Assembly (NCBI GenBank): GCA_964199315.1
Contig: OZ116706.1
Coordinates: 8,990,001-9,054,000, forward strand
DNA: 64,000 bases
Reading direction: 5' to 3'
Source: Orbicella franksi
Lineage: Eukaryota
Part shown: positions 36,701 to 51,173 of the stretch, piece by piece
How positions within the stretch are numbered: position 1 is the stretch's first letter
Layout: the number at the start of each line of letters is the position of its first letter
Made by a program: the position numbers and the translations under genes
The notes under the pieces: model-generated
The model's input: the letters and a program-made list of their open reading frames with translations, nothing else
What the model was told of the DNA's origin: nothing
Database searches by the model: none

Positions 36701-39700
36701 GGGAGGGAGTGTCCTTGTCATAAACAACTAAATGAATCTCCCTTAATGAGCTGCCCGGATTATTCTTACTGAATGCCAAAACTTCTTCAAAGGAAGCAGC
36801 AGCCACGCGATCACGAGGATAACCAAGATTTCCCGTTCCAAGAGCAGGAATAGCGATGCTGACAAGTTTTCGCTTCTGAGCTTCATTGAGGCATTTCTTT
36901 ATGATACCACGCAATTCCTGCAAGGGATTTACGATTTTGCGATTCATTACTTTTAACCATGTTAGATTGGGGCGGCTTAGCTCAGTGGGTTGTATGCTCA
37001 CCTTACATGCAAGAGATGGCGGGTAAAACTCTCAACTGGATCATTAACTAGGGATAGCGTAAGAAATATAAGCGGTAACCGCTAAATCATGCTGACCGAT
37101 TTCACTCTTAAAAAAAACCCGCACACACACAATTCATGAAACAACTTTGATTGGTGCGCCAAATAAGCAGCGTTGTATCATTAAGTCAGTGACAGCGTTG
37201 ACGCTGGGCTTCTGTGAAGGGAGTCAAGTTGTATGCGAACCGCACAACCGGTCAGGACGGTGAAGACTTGCCGTTGTTTTTGCTGCAATAATTCAACAAA
37301 ATAGATGAAGTTCGCGACCCCTCTTAAATTCTGAGCAGATACTTTGGTATCTTTGGTAATGAGCGCTCAATGAACATAAAGTACCATTCAGTTCACGCAG
37401 ATGGTACAACCTTGAGTAACATGGAACTATAAGTGTCGCTTATACGGTTTCTGGTTAGCTTAAATCAGCCTGTTAAAACAATTTTAGCCCACTTAATTCC
37501 GTATAGCACCCTGAAATTGTTAAAAGTCAAGTCTCTCTAGCTGACGTGGATGCTTACAATCTGTCTAAAAACAAGTTCATGTAGTGCGTAGTTTGACTTT
37601 GTTTACATAACGGTTTCCAATAGCTACAATCATGGTAAAACGTCTTGGGACAAATTTACACTTTTGGTGCTTTTGCACACACGCCAGACGCGAATACAAC
37701 TGAACCTGCCTAGCTTCTCCTCCACATACAATGCTGAAAACTAGTACCTGCAATTTCTCCTGAGTTTGAACATTGCATTGCGTGGGGAGGGGGCAAAAGC
37801 AACGCGTTTTGTAAATTTTAAAATTCAGTTGTAAAATACAGATAATTCGCTGCATTATACATCATTTTCCCGAGGACTTTTGTCCATCATCGTAACTTAC
37901 ACGATTAAACGTTTTTGTTTCTAACCACATTGATTTTCCCTTGGAACTTAAACCGAAAACTGCGTATCTGTGACCCTTAATGTCCAATATATTTTGTACC
38001 TGTTCGCCGCTTTGTTGGTTCCATGTAGCACACGACGTGTGGAAGACATGCTTACAATTCAGCTTTCCTCCACTTGTTACCACTATGTCTCCAGTGTTTA
38101 CCTTACCAATCGCCTTACATTCTTGCTGTAGAGCAGGACCGGCAGCATTACTCAGGGCTTTGGCACTTGCGTTTCTGCTAAGATCGAGGTCTGATGACGC
38201 CGAGTTGACGATAGCGTCAACCTGAGGAACAACAACACAAAGAGCCCTTTGTTAACATCTGTCATAATATAACCACTGTGTCAGATCCTAATTTCGCTAT
38301 ATTAGAATAACAGACAATTTTCGACTCTACGAAATGGCGAGAAATCGCTTTTTACCTTATTTGTTTATCGATACCACAAAAAAGGAGGTAAAATTGAAAG
38401 AAAAAATGCGGCATCTTGAGACTTATGATCTTTACTGATCTTGAGTGAGAGGTACAAATTATTGAAATTGGCATGATAATATATAAAGGCCAAGTTTTTT
38501 AAAATTACAGTTTACACGACAGGCGTTTCAATCATGTTTGTCACTGCAGAATGCCTTCTATTCCTATTGACGTTGAAATGGCTGAAATTTAAAGCAACAT
38601 CTATTCACGTAATTATAGAAATGTTCCGACTTGCCTTTTCTTGAGACATATTACCAGTAACAAGAATCAGTTTTAAGTCTTCCGATGTCTTGATGACATT
38701 TGGAATATCTGCAGTTGATGCAGTCGACGGTGTACTGGGCATTGACTTCTTTCTTCCCTTGCCTTTGCTCGCTTTGACCTTTACCTTTGAATCTGAAGAG
38801 CTCTCATAGTTGGGATCATGGAAAAATCTGGAATCCATCTCCTTCACAAAGGCCTTTACAACATTATCGTCGGTGCTGGTGAACTGAATCTCAGACAAAC
38901 GACAACCTGGATTTTCTTGAGAAAACACTACAGCTGAATCGACCATAATTTTTGCGCACAACTGATATGGAAAATCATAGACGCCTGTGCTAATGGCTGG
39001 TAATGCGATTGATTTATAGCTTTTGGCAGAATCTAGGGCATTTTTTACTGTATAACTTAGAAGGCTCTCTTGTCTTGGAGACCTGCCCATCCTCTTTTCC
39101 CAAGCTGCTTCCTTTGTCCATTTCGGTCCTACAGCATGAATGACTTTCTTGAACGGCAATTTTCCAGCAGAAGTTGCAACTACATGCCCATCTAGAAGCG
39201 GCCCTCGGTCGACGATGTATTGATCACATTCGTCCTTGAAGACTTCTCCGGCCGCTTCAGCTATAGCTTTGGAGACACCACCCACATGATGGAGGTTGGA
39301 GTTGGCTGCATTGACAATCACGTCCACATTTCGATCGCAGATGTTGTCTTTAAAAACCAGAATGTTTTTTCCTTCTGGGGTAAGGAAACTACAGAGCTTC
39401 TCTTTTTTCCCTTGATTTTCTTCCTTTTTTTCTCCTGGTTTCTTTGACGATTCATACTTTTCTGAAATATAGTGTTCGATGACACATTTATTCTCATTCT
39501 CCATAAGACTTAACAATTTCTTGCCCTTGCTCTGACCCAGTACTTTGCGCATTCCTGGCTTGTTAAGGAATAACTTTTCGCTCAGAACCTTGGATGCCAG
39601 ATCTTGAACCAATTTTGTCCCTTTTTGAACTCCGTCAGTCGTTCCAGAGATGCTCAAACCTTCGTCATCTTCGTCTAGCTTTATCCGTGTGGAATATTCT

Positions 39701-42700
39701 TTCAAATCTTCTTCTATTTGCCGAAATTCCTGTTCTCTGTACTTTGCAAGGAATCGCCTGCATCCTTTGGGAAGTCTCACCACGTTGCTGACAATGGTGT
39801 TTTCTTTCAAAAAGCACCTGACAGCAGCCAGGGCGGATGAAACCTCATCCTTTGTTCCCACTAACCTTATTTTCTTGCTGCGTCTGTCAAAAGAGAGGCT
39901 CAAAATACGCTTTTCGGTCAGATCATATCTTAACTGACGCCACTTTTCGCTTTTTTCGAGCTGAACTTGATCCTCATCTAAGTCAAAGCATTCTTCGACA
40001 ACCAGTCGTTTAACCAACTCGGCAGCTTTTTCAGCAACTTCAGTTTTCATTCCCATAACTACTACACCGTCTTTCCTTTCTGAATCAAAGGCCAAGCCAG
40101 CTTGTAAATCGCTGGCTGTGAATTGGTCGTTAATGAATGCTCGACAGGCTGTACTCCTAAGCATTTCGACGGTATTCTGCGACATCTCAAGGCTTATTTC
40201 CTTTACTTTGGCAATCGTCTCCCATAGCGCTGCAGAAACCTTGTGAATGGTGATGGAAGGAGCACGAATTTGAACCTTTCCCGTTTCTAGGAGTATGCTG
40301 ACTTGAGTTTCTTCGTATTCGGCTTCTAGTTCCTTTCCAAAGTCTAGATCTCTTAGGAACTGCAGTCTCACAGTATGGTCAATATCTATCGACTTTGTTT
40401 CCATAGAAGCCTTAAGTTTGGCTTTTCTCTCGATGCTTGTCTTTAATTCTTGCAAATCATTCATGAGTCCGTCAACATCTTGCTTCTTTCCTGTGAGGGA
40501 AATTACATGCTGCTGAGCTACGCAACGCACTTTCACTTTTTCTTCCATGGCACTAACATTTTTCATAAAGTTATCCACCACAGCTTTCCAAGCTTCAGGC
40601 AGGACATGCGAAGTGGCTGTCTGAAATTGTTGCCTGAAAGAAGCGATGACTTCGCATGCCTCATCAAATTTTTTCCTGTCTGCTGATACTTTATCCACAG
40701 GCCTGACGATTATGCTACTGGTGCCTTCTTCCCAGGTTATCGTTACACCATGATCGTCCTGGACCTGCGTGAACTCAGCTTTGTAGTGCTCACAAATAAA
40801 GAGCATTACTTGTGAGTCTAATGGGATACTTGTCATCAGCTCAACTTCCTGTGCTTCCGGCTGAGAGACTGGTTTCCCAAGGAAAGGGCTGTGGAGACTT
40901 ACTTCCAAGTTTGCCCCGTTAAGGGAGTGGCTCTTCGACAAAACTTTCGTAGCAACTGCAAGGGAAAGTGAATTAACCAACTGGTCAGTTGATGCGATAT
41001 GCTACTAATTAAAGGCTTGTTAAGAGATAAAATTTACCGTCTAATTTTGATTTCGTAATATTTCAGACAACAGTTAAGTATCTGGCATCCTTCTTTCAAG
41101 AAATGAACACGAGACCATCAATTTACCGAAAGGTGTTGGCGCCCACCAACAATGCCTAAAGCTTAATTTCTTTCGCTCCTCCTGGTTACCTCTAGAAAGC
41201 ATGCAAGAAGACGGTGCTTTAGTAACTTGCAGGGATTCTTGTTTCCACTCAGTTCAAAGAAAGTTTCAGTATATCCTGATTCCGAAAAGTTAAGAAGGCA
41301 ATATTCTCCGCGAACATTAGCCTTCCCATAGCCGTTATTTTGTCCTCGACTAGAAGGTCTGTTAACAGACTATATATAAGATCAGATTGAGCTTTGACAG
41401 ACACGGACAATGATTCGATTCAGCTCCCCTACTAAATAAAGCGCCCTCTATCTGATGAGCACTCCCCATAAAGTGCGCGCCGTTTAATCAATAAGTGCCC
41501 CTTCCAAAACGTGTCCTAATAGGGGAGATAACATTCAAGGCATTGACGTGGAATGAATTATGAAGTCTCCATTTTCATCCGCATGTAACATTGAACATTA
41601 TGACTATGAGAGCTCCCATAGTTACAGCTCTTAAGTTAAAGCAGCTGTCTTTTAAGTGTTGTATCACATTCAGATGCAAATGGTCAAAAAGAAACAAGCG
41701 TTATGTCACTATAAGTGCCTTATATCCAGTAAGCGCCCTCCTCTAAGCTACCAAAAGTAACAGGGTACTACGTCGAATCATTACAGTTCGTCAAGGCCCA
41801 GAAAGTTAAACATATATCTATATGTATACGTGGTTTAACTCAATAATCTTAGCTCTGCGAAGATAGGATATTTTAATACCTTCTGGGTCCACGAAGTGGA
41901 CCAGTGCGCATCCTTCCTTTATATTAAGTTCTACTTTGATGACCTCACCGCCCCCGTTCTTGGGGTTTTCAAAATGGTAAAGAACTGCATCCTCAGTGGT
42001 GTTTTCCCTGTTCAGACATGTCACTTGCACACAATTGCAAACGGGAACTTGTTCGATTGAGAGCTGTCTACCCTCCAGTTGTCTCTTGGCAACCTTCTGT
42101 GTAATGGCTTGATAGTCTGCCGAAAGAATTGTAGTTTCCCAGCTCCCAGATTACTTAAACACTCGTAAATGATTAAAAAAAAAAAAAGATAATAGGGCAA
42201 TAGCATGAATTTTGGAGGGCATATAGTTTATTTGTGGCCCGAGTAGCATCATTTGCGCCCTCGCTTCGCTTTAACTATATGCCCGACAAAAGTCATTTGA
42301 TTATCATTATTATCAATACACTAGGCCAAATCGCACAAGTTCATTTCAATTAATAAGAAAAAAATGCTTAACAGAGATGTAGCATGAAGCTAAGATGTAG
42401 AAAGTTGTTGCTACAGTACGATCAGCTAAACAAGAGCCAAATAAAATTCCTTTCTGTATACAATAAAAGTCAAATGTAATCTAGTATTAAAAAGATTAGT
42501 AAAAAATGATTAGCAAAAATGATCAAATGAGTGCCTTGTAAGCTGCCGCCATCCCTCTGTGCCGCGGCGAGCAAAATGAAAACACAACGAAAACCAACTA
42601 AACTCAAGTAACTTCTCCGCATCTTTCCGAACGCCGTCCGTGTTCCACCCTTCCATGAGGTATCGATTCAATTTCTACCTGTCTCCAAACTGAATGGATC

Positions 42701-45700
42701 ATTTGTGTTCTGGTTTCGCATCGTTTTCTTTCGTAAATAGCTTGGCCTTTGCTTCAATCATTTTGTTGGCAGACATGAATTCGCTGTCTTGCAAAATGCT
42801 TATGTTTCGGCTGAGTGGAGCACAGGTTAGATGGCAATGAATGGCCGCTCTAATTCCATTCAATGCACTTGGAGTAATGCTTGGTCTTTCTCTGTTCTCT
42901 CTTTAGCGAAGAACTTTCGCAGAATTTCACTGAACTCCGTTGGACTTAAGACTTACTGTTTTGAGATCTACTGTAATTTTTATTTCCTCACAACATTTCT
43001 CGAACTTTTTTAAATCCCCGCTCGTTTGCTTTCTTGGTTTTTCGCTTGAGCTTTTTGCTTAATTTCATCCAGTTGCTCGTTGTCCAGGTCCGAGTTTTGA
43101 CTAGAAAAAAGATGAAAATTTAGGACTTCAAAATCTTCAAACGTCAAACGTTCACTACAGAACTACAAAGTGCAAACTCGCGCCAACTCTAGCATTGAAA
43201 TGGTATCCTCAGGATCTCACAGATCGAGCGAAGTTGTATGACATCTCTGCAGCCAATCAGAATCAGGGTGGCAAATGCATTTTGAGCCCGCGCATTTTCC
43301 GTTTGGCCCGCAAAATGGTACGTTTTACGGAGGGCAGTTTGTCATTTGGCCGCGCGTATTGATAATAATGATGTCGTAAAGTGATCAATAACCGATGTTC
43401 AAAACAGTGGAACATGCGAAAGTGTTTGGGGGCGAGGCGAATGCGGCGTCGTTGCGACAGAAACAAGTCAGAACATGGAATGAAAGTGGTATCTGTATTA
43501 AATCTGGAAATATCTATTTAGACATAGTGATTTGTCCTACAGTCAAGACAAAACTGCGGGGAATTGTCGTCCGGAACAATAATTGTATTAATTGCATTCA
43601 GCACTTTCAGCTTTATTGAACCGCTAGTAGTGGATCTGGAGCGTAAGATTGTATTCGCAAGTTTTGTTTCAATACTGCTGTCATGCATGTGAATGGCTTC
43701 AATAAGATGCGATTTTGAGCGTTATAGACACAATTTCCACATTATCCTGGTTCGAGGTCAAAGCCGTCACTGAATTCCAAAATGTGACGTAAGGCAAATA
43801 AGTTTGATTGGAAGAAATGACAACACTTTTTTTTAGCCAAGTCTTATGAGTTGAGATACTATCGCAAGACGTTCGACCAAAAACTTTCGAGGATTCCTGT
43901 CGCCGAGTTAAAAAGGTTTGGTTTATGATTTTGGTGCGCGTCTATCGCGTTATAGACGCATTGAAATTTTGAGAGCCCTTGAGAAGGAGTATATTGTTCT
44001 TGGCTGCCTGTGATGAACGCTCAATGATCTATTGTAGTCTTACCGCAGTATTACGTAGTTCCGTTCTAATCAAAGGAACAATTCAGCCTTATAGTTTCTG
44101 TACGTGCACGTAGCTATTAGATTTGTCAGTTGTATCCTCGCTTTCACCACGAACGCAAGTCACCTAAGTTGAAGAAGTTAAAAGTGACCGCCTAGTGAAG
44201 CCAAAGCAGTCTACCTTTAGAGGCAAGCGTAGGACTGATATGTAAGTGTTGTCTTTACCTTTTAATAGTTAGTTTCCACGGAATTCTCAGTTAGTTTTCT
44301 TATCGATCGTATCTTATTAGTTATTGCAATTCCGTATATAGACTTGCTGTTTTCTACTGCCCTGCAGTCATAAGGTTTAGGTTAGTTTCTAGTTTCGTCG
44401 CAGTTTAGTGTAAGTTAAGTACATAAGTATCACGTGGACCTCAATGCTCGCAAGAAGAACTGTTTCTTTAGTAGCTTATGCTTTATTTTTAATCAAATTT
44501 CAGTTTACGGCTAAACAACGATTATCGCAATTGGTGTCAAGGAAATAAATCAATTTGTCCTACACATCAGCGTGCTTTATTTCGTCAGCCCGTAAAGTAG
44601 TCCTATCTTTAAAAGTCGTCTTCACCGGCTCACGACACCTCTAGTTCGCTCGAGAGTCGCCGGCCGCTACACTGCCCTTAGAGCAACCTTCACGCTATCG
44701 TGCCCTCCAATTCCCAGTTACATCCGTAACTCGAGAGACGCATACTTAGCATAAACCCATACCTAGATTGCATACAAACGAAGACGAAGGAGCCTAATAA
44801 AAAAATTAAAAAAAACCCTTTTTTATGGTTTTGTCACTGAGGTAAATTTAATCAAACTTACCGTATGTTTCATTAAAGGTCACTGCTGCACTTCCTTGCT
44901 CTCCAAATTCAATGGACAACACTTCTACTCCACTGACAACCTCCATGTAAGATTGAAGTCCATCCCGTGTGGTTTTGTCACTCAGACCTTTGACAACAAA
45001 CCTTTTAGTGTCAATAGGAAGCTCCTTTACAGGTTTTCTAATGGTTATTTTCAGTTCTGCGTCATCAAGGGTGAGTACTCCTCTGTTGACAACTCCAACT
45101 GCACCTTCAGATTAAAGAGCAGACAAAACAAAGAAGCCACGATATTAGAGGTTCTTTCGATGAGATTTTGCTTATTGTACATGTTCTTTGTAGTTTGCAC
45201 TTGTGCTCTGATTTTGCAAACTTAGCCCGAAAACGTGACGAAAACCTGACAGACTATAACTTTGTTAAAGCAGAATGATACCCTTTGTGTAGCGATGTGG
45301 TTACGCGAAAGCTAGCAGAATGTCAGATGCCCACATTTCATGGGGGATATCAACGGATTTACAGAGAAAATGTCGAATCTAGTATTGAACACATTTGTCA
45401 TTTGGCCCGACGGTTTTGTTCTGGACAGGATGTATGATTTATAAACATGTGCTAGCATTGGATCGATCTATAGACAGTGGAATTGGGTGGGCTTCATCAT
45501 AGTTTGAACATTCGCCGAGAAGTGGAACTATCCCTTCAATAGCAAGTTCACTTACTTTCAGCTTTTGCAAAAGTCACGACAGCAATTCCCTTCTCAGGCG
45601 TATAATCCACGTGCTCTACTTCGCCTCCCCCGGTGCGTCTAGTGTTCTCGAAGAACATCCAAATAGAGTCTTCGGTTGAGGTTGCAGCAAGTCCATGCAC

Positions 45701-46709
45701 TTCTAAGACCCGTGATTCTTGTGCTTGGTCCTTGTCTGGTAGACCACATGTGTTGTTACTGGCTGTGACTTTCAGGGTAGCTCCATCAAGAACATGCTTG
45801 TCTTTTTGTAACACAGTAGTTACGACTGCAAGTATCAAAACAATCTTCGTCATCAAAAAATTTGTCGTGGCTAACTTCTACAGCCGATGATTATTCTGCT
45901 GTAAAACGTCACATATTTTGTGTTTCTTATACATACACTGTAGATCGATTAGTCATTGTTACACATGTATATCGATAAGTTCTCATGCACATTTTAACAA
46001 GGACATACATGTAGCATATTTACTTCTGATACCCCTAATTCATTGTAACAGTAGTACCCGTCCCAGGCATTTATCTACCCGAAAAAGGGTTTAAACAAAA
46101 GTAAAAAGTTTAAACGAAACCAAATCTAATTGAAAATTCATAGGCCAGTGGTAGAGAAAGCAAAGCCCCATTAATATTTTGTAGCACGTGTTTTTCGCTT
46201 TACTCTACACTGTTTTATAATTGTCAATAATAAATCAAAATAAATTCTCATCCAGTCAACTTACCACCAATATCCTTGAATGTCACGAAAGCCACACCAG
46301 CTTCAAGTTTCAAATCCACAGTTTCTACCTCCCCACCGCCGGAACGACGCTTGTTTTCAAAGTAATTCAGAATTGAGTCTTTAGTCGTGCTTGCAGGAAG
46401 GCCAGCCACTTCAATGGTATTACCGTTCCCGTCCCTTCTACCACGCATTTCAAAGCTGACATCAAGGGTAACGTCGTTCAAAGTATGCTTGTCACGCTCA
46501 ACCACACGTTCTGCAACTAGAGAAATTATGAAAATCGATGAAGTGACTGACTGACTGACTGACTGACAAGTCAGTGAATGTCAATCAATCAACTGATCGA
46601 TCGATTGATTGATTGATTGATCGATTGATTGATTGATTGATTGATTGGTTGGGTAATTGAATGATTGACTGACTGACTAACTGACTGACTGACTGACTGA
46701 CTGACTGAC

Positions 46710-46766
<57 letters not shown>

Positions 46767-49700
46767 AGACTCCAATAAGGGCCCGTTCATTATTCACCGC
46801 CTGTGGTGGGTCGGAGGATTTTCCGCTAAAGAGATTAACATTTAGCTGATTCCCCTTCAAATGTTATTTTATTGAAGTGATCCCCCCGCAGTGTTTTTGC
46901 CAGAGCGCGCCATTGCGGGAATCCCGCGTTGCAATCAGAGATGGCCCCCAGAAAAAACAAAAAAACGACCAATTCGGCCCTTTCCTTTTACAGGCATAGT
47001 ATTTTAAAAGCCATCCCAAGACTCGAAATTGTGATCGATACGGTCGCCAATGCAACTAACATTTCATCCTTGGCGACCAAAAATTCTGGTTTAGTCGCCA
47101 TAATAAGGCATAATGGCGACTACATTTCCCTGTGTTGACGATCAATAAAAGTTATTTTGTCACACATTATGTCCTTCTAGAAAATCATATTGAAAGATCT
47201 TTGCTTCTAAAACATTCAACATAAGAAAAGAAGTAAATCCGTCCTTTTGCTTTGCTCTATTAGCTCTCTCATATCGGAAAACTTCCAAATGGCTGACCGA
47301 GTTTGAAATCGCCCTATAATACATTGCAAACCCTTGATCATTGATTACATCATGTAGGCCTAAGGATTGTTCTCTTGTAATGCACGGATCCTTCATACTA
47401 GTATCTGATGCAAAAGAAACTTTACTGAGTAGAAACCCTTCAAAAAGCACTTACTATTAAATTTTATCATAGATCCTAATAAATTGCTTTATTTCTCTTG
47501 GTGCCCTGATGCCTTTTTTCCTTCTGTAGCTTTCAATTTAGTGGCCCTTTTCCTAAAAAATTGGCCCCTAAAAAAGATCTTCATGGGCCACTTTGGCCCT
47601 CAAGTAAAATTTCTGGCTGAAACACTGGGCCCCCCTCATAACTATAAATAAATTTCGTGATCCTCCCACACATCTTCGCAAACACATTCACCTTTCCACG
47701 TGTATATTTAGTGCTTTTCACATTCATATGCAAGCAATATTTCTAACTATACTTATAATTTGATAAAGCCGCCATGGTGCAGACTCTTAATCCATATCTT
47801 GGGCTAGTCTGGATCCCCATATCTGATGTCAGTTGACAAACGGACAGCGCTCCCCTGCAAGGGGGTTCGAGAGCATCCTTCCCCGGAGGATATTTAAAAT
47901 AGAGGTCCTTAAAAATGGGTTTTCCGGTATTGTGAGGCCAGGCCAGCTGTTAAAAAGTCTCACGTTTTTCCTTTTTTTGTTTTTTGTTTTTTGTTTTTGC
48001 ATTTAGCGGTGATTCAGCCATCTGATTCTCCCTTCTGAGCTCGCAGTTATGACCTACCCCTCTTCTGTTATCCGAAAAATCAAATGATCCCCCCAAAGTC
48101 CTCCTACCTCCGTCTCCAGGCGATAAATAATGACCGGTCCCTAAACTAGCAAAAACATTCTTTTCAACTCAAAGATTGACTTCAGCTTGCTTCACCGGAC
48201 ATTAACTTTGAAAGATGCACTTATATCGTAATAGGGCACTTACTCTAACATACATGCAAATGGAGAGCCAATGGTAGCAAAAACAAAGCCCCATTTTGTA
48301 CCATGTGTGTTTCGCTTCACTCTCCACTATTTTATTATTGTCAATAATAAATCGAAATGAATTCTCATCCAATCAACTTACCACCAATATCCTTGAATGT
48401 CACGAAAGCCACACCAGCTTCAAGTTTCAAATCCACAGTTTCTACCTCCCCACCTCCGGAACGACGCTCGTTTTCAAAGTAATTCAGAATTGCGTCTTTA
48501 GTCGTGCTTGCAGGAAGGCCAGCCACTTCAATGGTTTTACTGTTCTTGTACCTTCTACCACGCATTTCAAAGCTGACATCAAGGGTAACGTCGTTCAAAG
48601 TATGCTTGTCACGCTCAACCACACGTTTTGCAACTAAAGAAATTATGAAAATCGATGAAGTGACTGACTGATTGACTGCCTGACAAGTCAATGAATATCA
48701 ATCAATCAACTGATCGATTGATTGATTGATTGATTGGTTGGTTGGGTAATTGAATGATTGATTGAACCCCAACAAGGGCCCGTTCATTATTCACCGCCTG
48801 TGTTGGGTCGGAGGATTTTCGGCTAAGGACATTAACATTTAGTTGATCCCCCCTTTAAATGTTATTTTATTGAAGTGATCCCCCCTCATAACTATTGATA
48901 AATTTCGTGATCCTTCCCCACGTCTTCGCAAACATATTCACCTTTCCACGTGTATGTTTTGTGCTTTTCACATTCATATGCAAGCAACATTTCTAACTAT
49001 ACTTATAATTTGATAAAGCCGCCATGGTCCAGTCTCTTAATCCGTATCTTGAGCTTGTCTGGATCCCCATATCTGATGTCAGTTGACAAACGGGCAGCGC
49101 TCCCCTACGAGGGGGTTCGAGAGCATCCTTCCCCGGAGGATATTTAAAATTGAGGTCCTTAAAAATGGGTTTTCTGGTATTCTGAGGCCAGGCCAGCTGT
49201 TAAAATGTTTAATTTTTTCCTTTTTTTTAACACTTAGCAGTAATTCAGCCATCTGATTCTCCCTTCTGAGCTCTCAGTTATGACTTACCCCCCCTTCTGT
49301 TATCCGAAAAATCAAATGATCCCCCCAAAAAATCTTCCGACCCCCGTCTCCAGGCGATAAATAATAACCACTCTCTAAACTAGCAAAAATATTCTTTTCA
49401 ACTCGAAGATTGACTTCAGCTTGCTTCAGAGGACATTAACTTTGAAAGATGGGAGCAAATGGCAAGGACATGCACTTATATCGTAATAGGGCGCTTACTC
49501 TAACATCCATGCAAATGGGGAGCCTCCAACCGACGTGCACAAGGAGCGCGCTTAATGGAATTATCATGGTCAGTAATATCAAGAAGTTAATATGACTTAT
49601 TTCCCTGTGGGGTCTTTGCAAATGACCAAATTTGCAACAAGGTTAAGCTCTAAATTTAGATGTCTATATCACTGGCTAAACAAAGATTGACACAAGCACA

Positions 49701-51141
49701 CCGTTTTCCTTAATATGAAGATTGAAACTATTCTTTTCATTCAACATTAGCCTGCGTAGCAGGCGTCCATTTCCAAATGCACGCGAAGGGAACGAAACTG
49801 CAGGCGAGTGCTGAAAAATTAGGAGCAGGGGGAGGGGGTGTCCTTCTCTTCCTTTTTTCGCACCCCGCCCCACTTCTCCACATCTCTTGCTTACCCCAGG
49901 CGCGCTTGTTTACTTACTCGCTTGCTCAATCTCCCCGCCTGGAAAATGGAAAAGAAACGTCTGCTACACAGGCTAATACAACATATACTGTACCTTCAGC
50001 TGATTCAAACTTGATGCGTGCACAATCACCTTTGATGTTGACTTCTTCCACGTGACCGCCACCTGATCGCCTTGTGTTTTCAAAATAGTTCTGTAAAGCA
50101 TCTTCCGTTGTATTTTGAGATAGCCCACGGATGATAACCCAGGTCTTCAAATGCACATGGCAAAAAACGAGCAATGAAATTTAATAGTAAAACTAGACAG
50201 GTCAGTTTTCACTGAACTGAAAACAGTTGTCACTTTCAAGAAAAATTTGCCACCCATTGACCAAGATTCTTTGTTTCTGAACTTAACTTAACTGTTGTCT
50301 TGTAAAAACCGAAAAAGACAACCAAATAGGTGTAATAAGAAAGAAACTGAAAACGTATAAAGGTCAGCTGAAGGCGGTTGAGGACAATACCGATTTTCTG
50401 CATGGCACAAATGTTACGTCAGTATAATTCACGGCCGTAGAATACAGTCATAATAAACACATTCCTAGGAAGAAAATTTAACCATGGACATTGCCTCAGT
50501 CATAGTTTTCTGGCTATGGCCTTGTAATTAACTTCGTAAAATAGCATGAATCTCGGATCCCTGATAATCTTAAAGGCAATGATGCTCACGCAGGGGTTTG
50601 GCCATTTACCATAATGGTATAGAATCAGACACATACATCTTAGCCACACTAGGTGGCAGAGATGAATACCTCAATAGGCCTTAAATTGATCATAAAATGA
50701 CCAAGTCTCACCTGATCTTCTGATGTCTCCTGGGACTGGGTCTCCCTAGTACTGGGTTGATGAAATGACACATCGACTCGCGTTCCATTGATAGTATGCG
50801 TTCTGCTAGCGACATTTTTGGCAACTGTCGGACCAACAGACATACAAATTAAGAGCAAATGAAGTAATAGGTAGACGGAAACACGAAAGGATGCACTAAT
50901 GAGTCAGCGAGGAGCAAGATTTCCACTAGAGCAAAAAGGAAACGTTTATTTTTTGGAAGCTCGCGGTATTTAGGTGTTGGGTTATCATTATTTTTGTTTT
51001 AATTTTCTTTTCACCTAAATACCCTGGGCTTCCAAAAAAAGTCGCTCCTTTTTTTAGTTGACGCATAAGTACCCTCAAAACATTTCAGACATTCTTATGT
51101 TGAGAATTTGAGTTTCTGAGACCACTGAAAACCTTATTTAT

Positions 51142-51173
<32 letters not shown>

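Larger units (their letters stand above)
46155..49525. repeat. Intragenic tandem duplication carrying one RRM exon (copy 1 ~46155-48270 with a ~740-bp insert; copy 2 ~48271-49525)
   Basis: Exon, flanking TGAC/TGAT microsatellite and ~650 bp of intron are present twice: 47625-48270 resembles 48880-49525. Confidence 0.9.
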
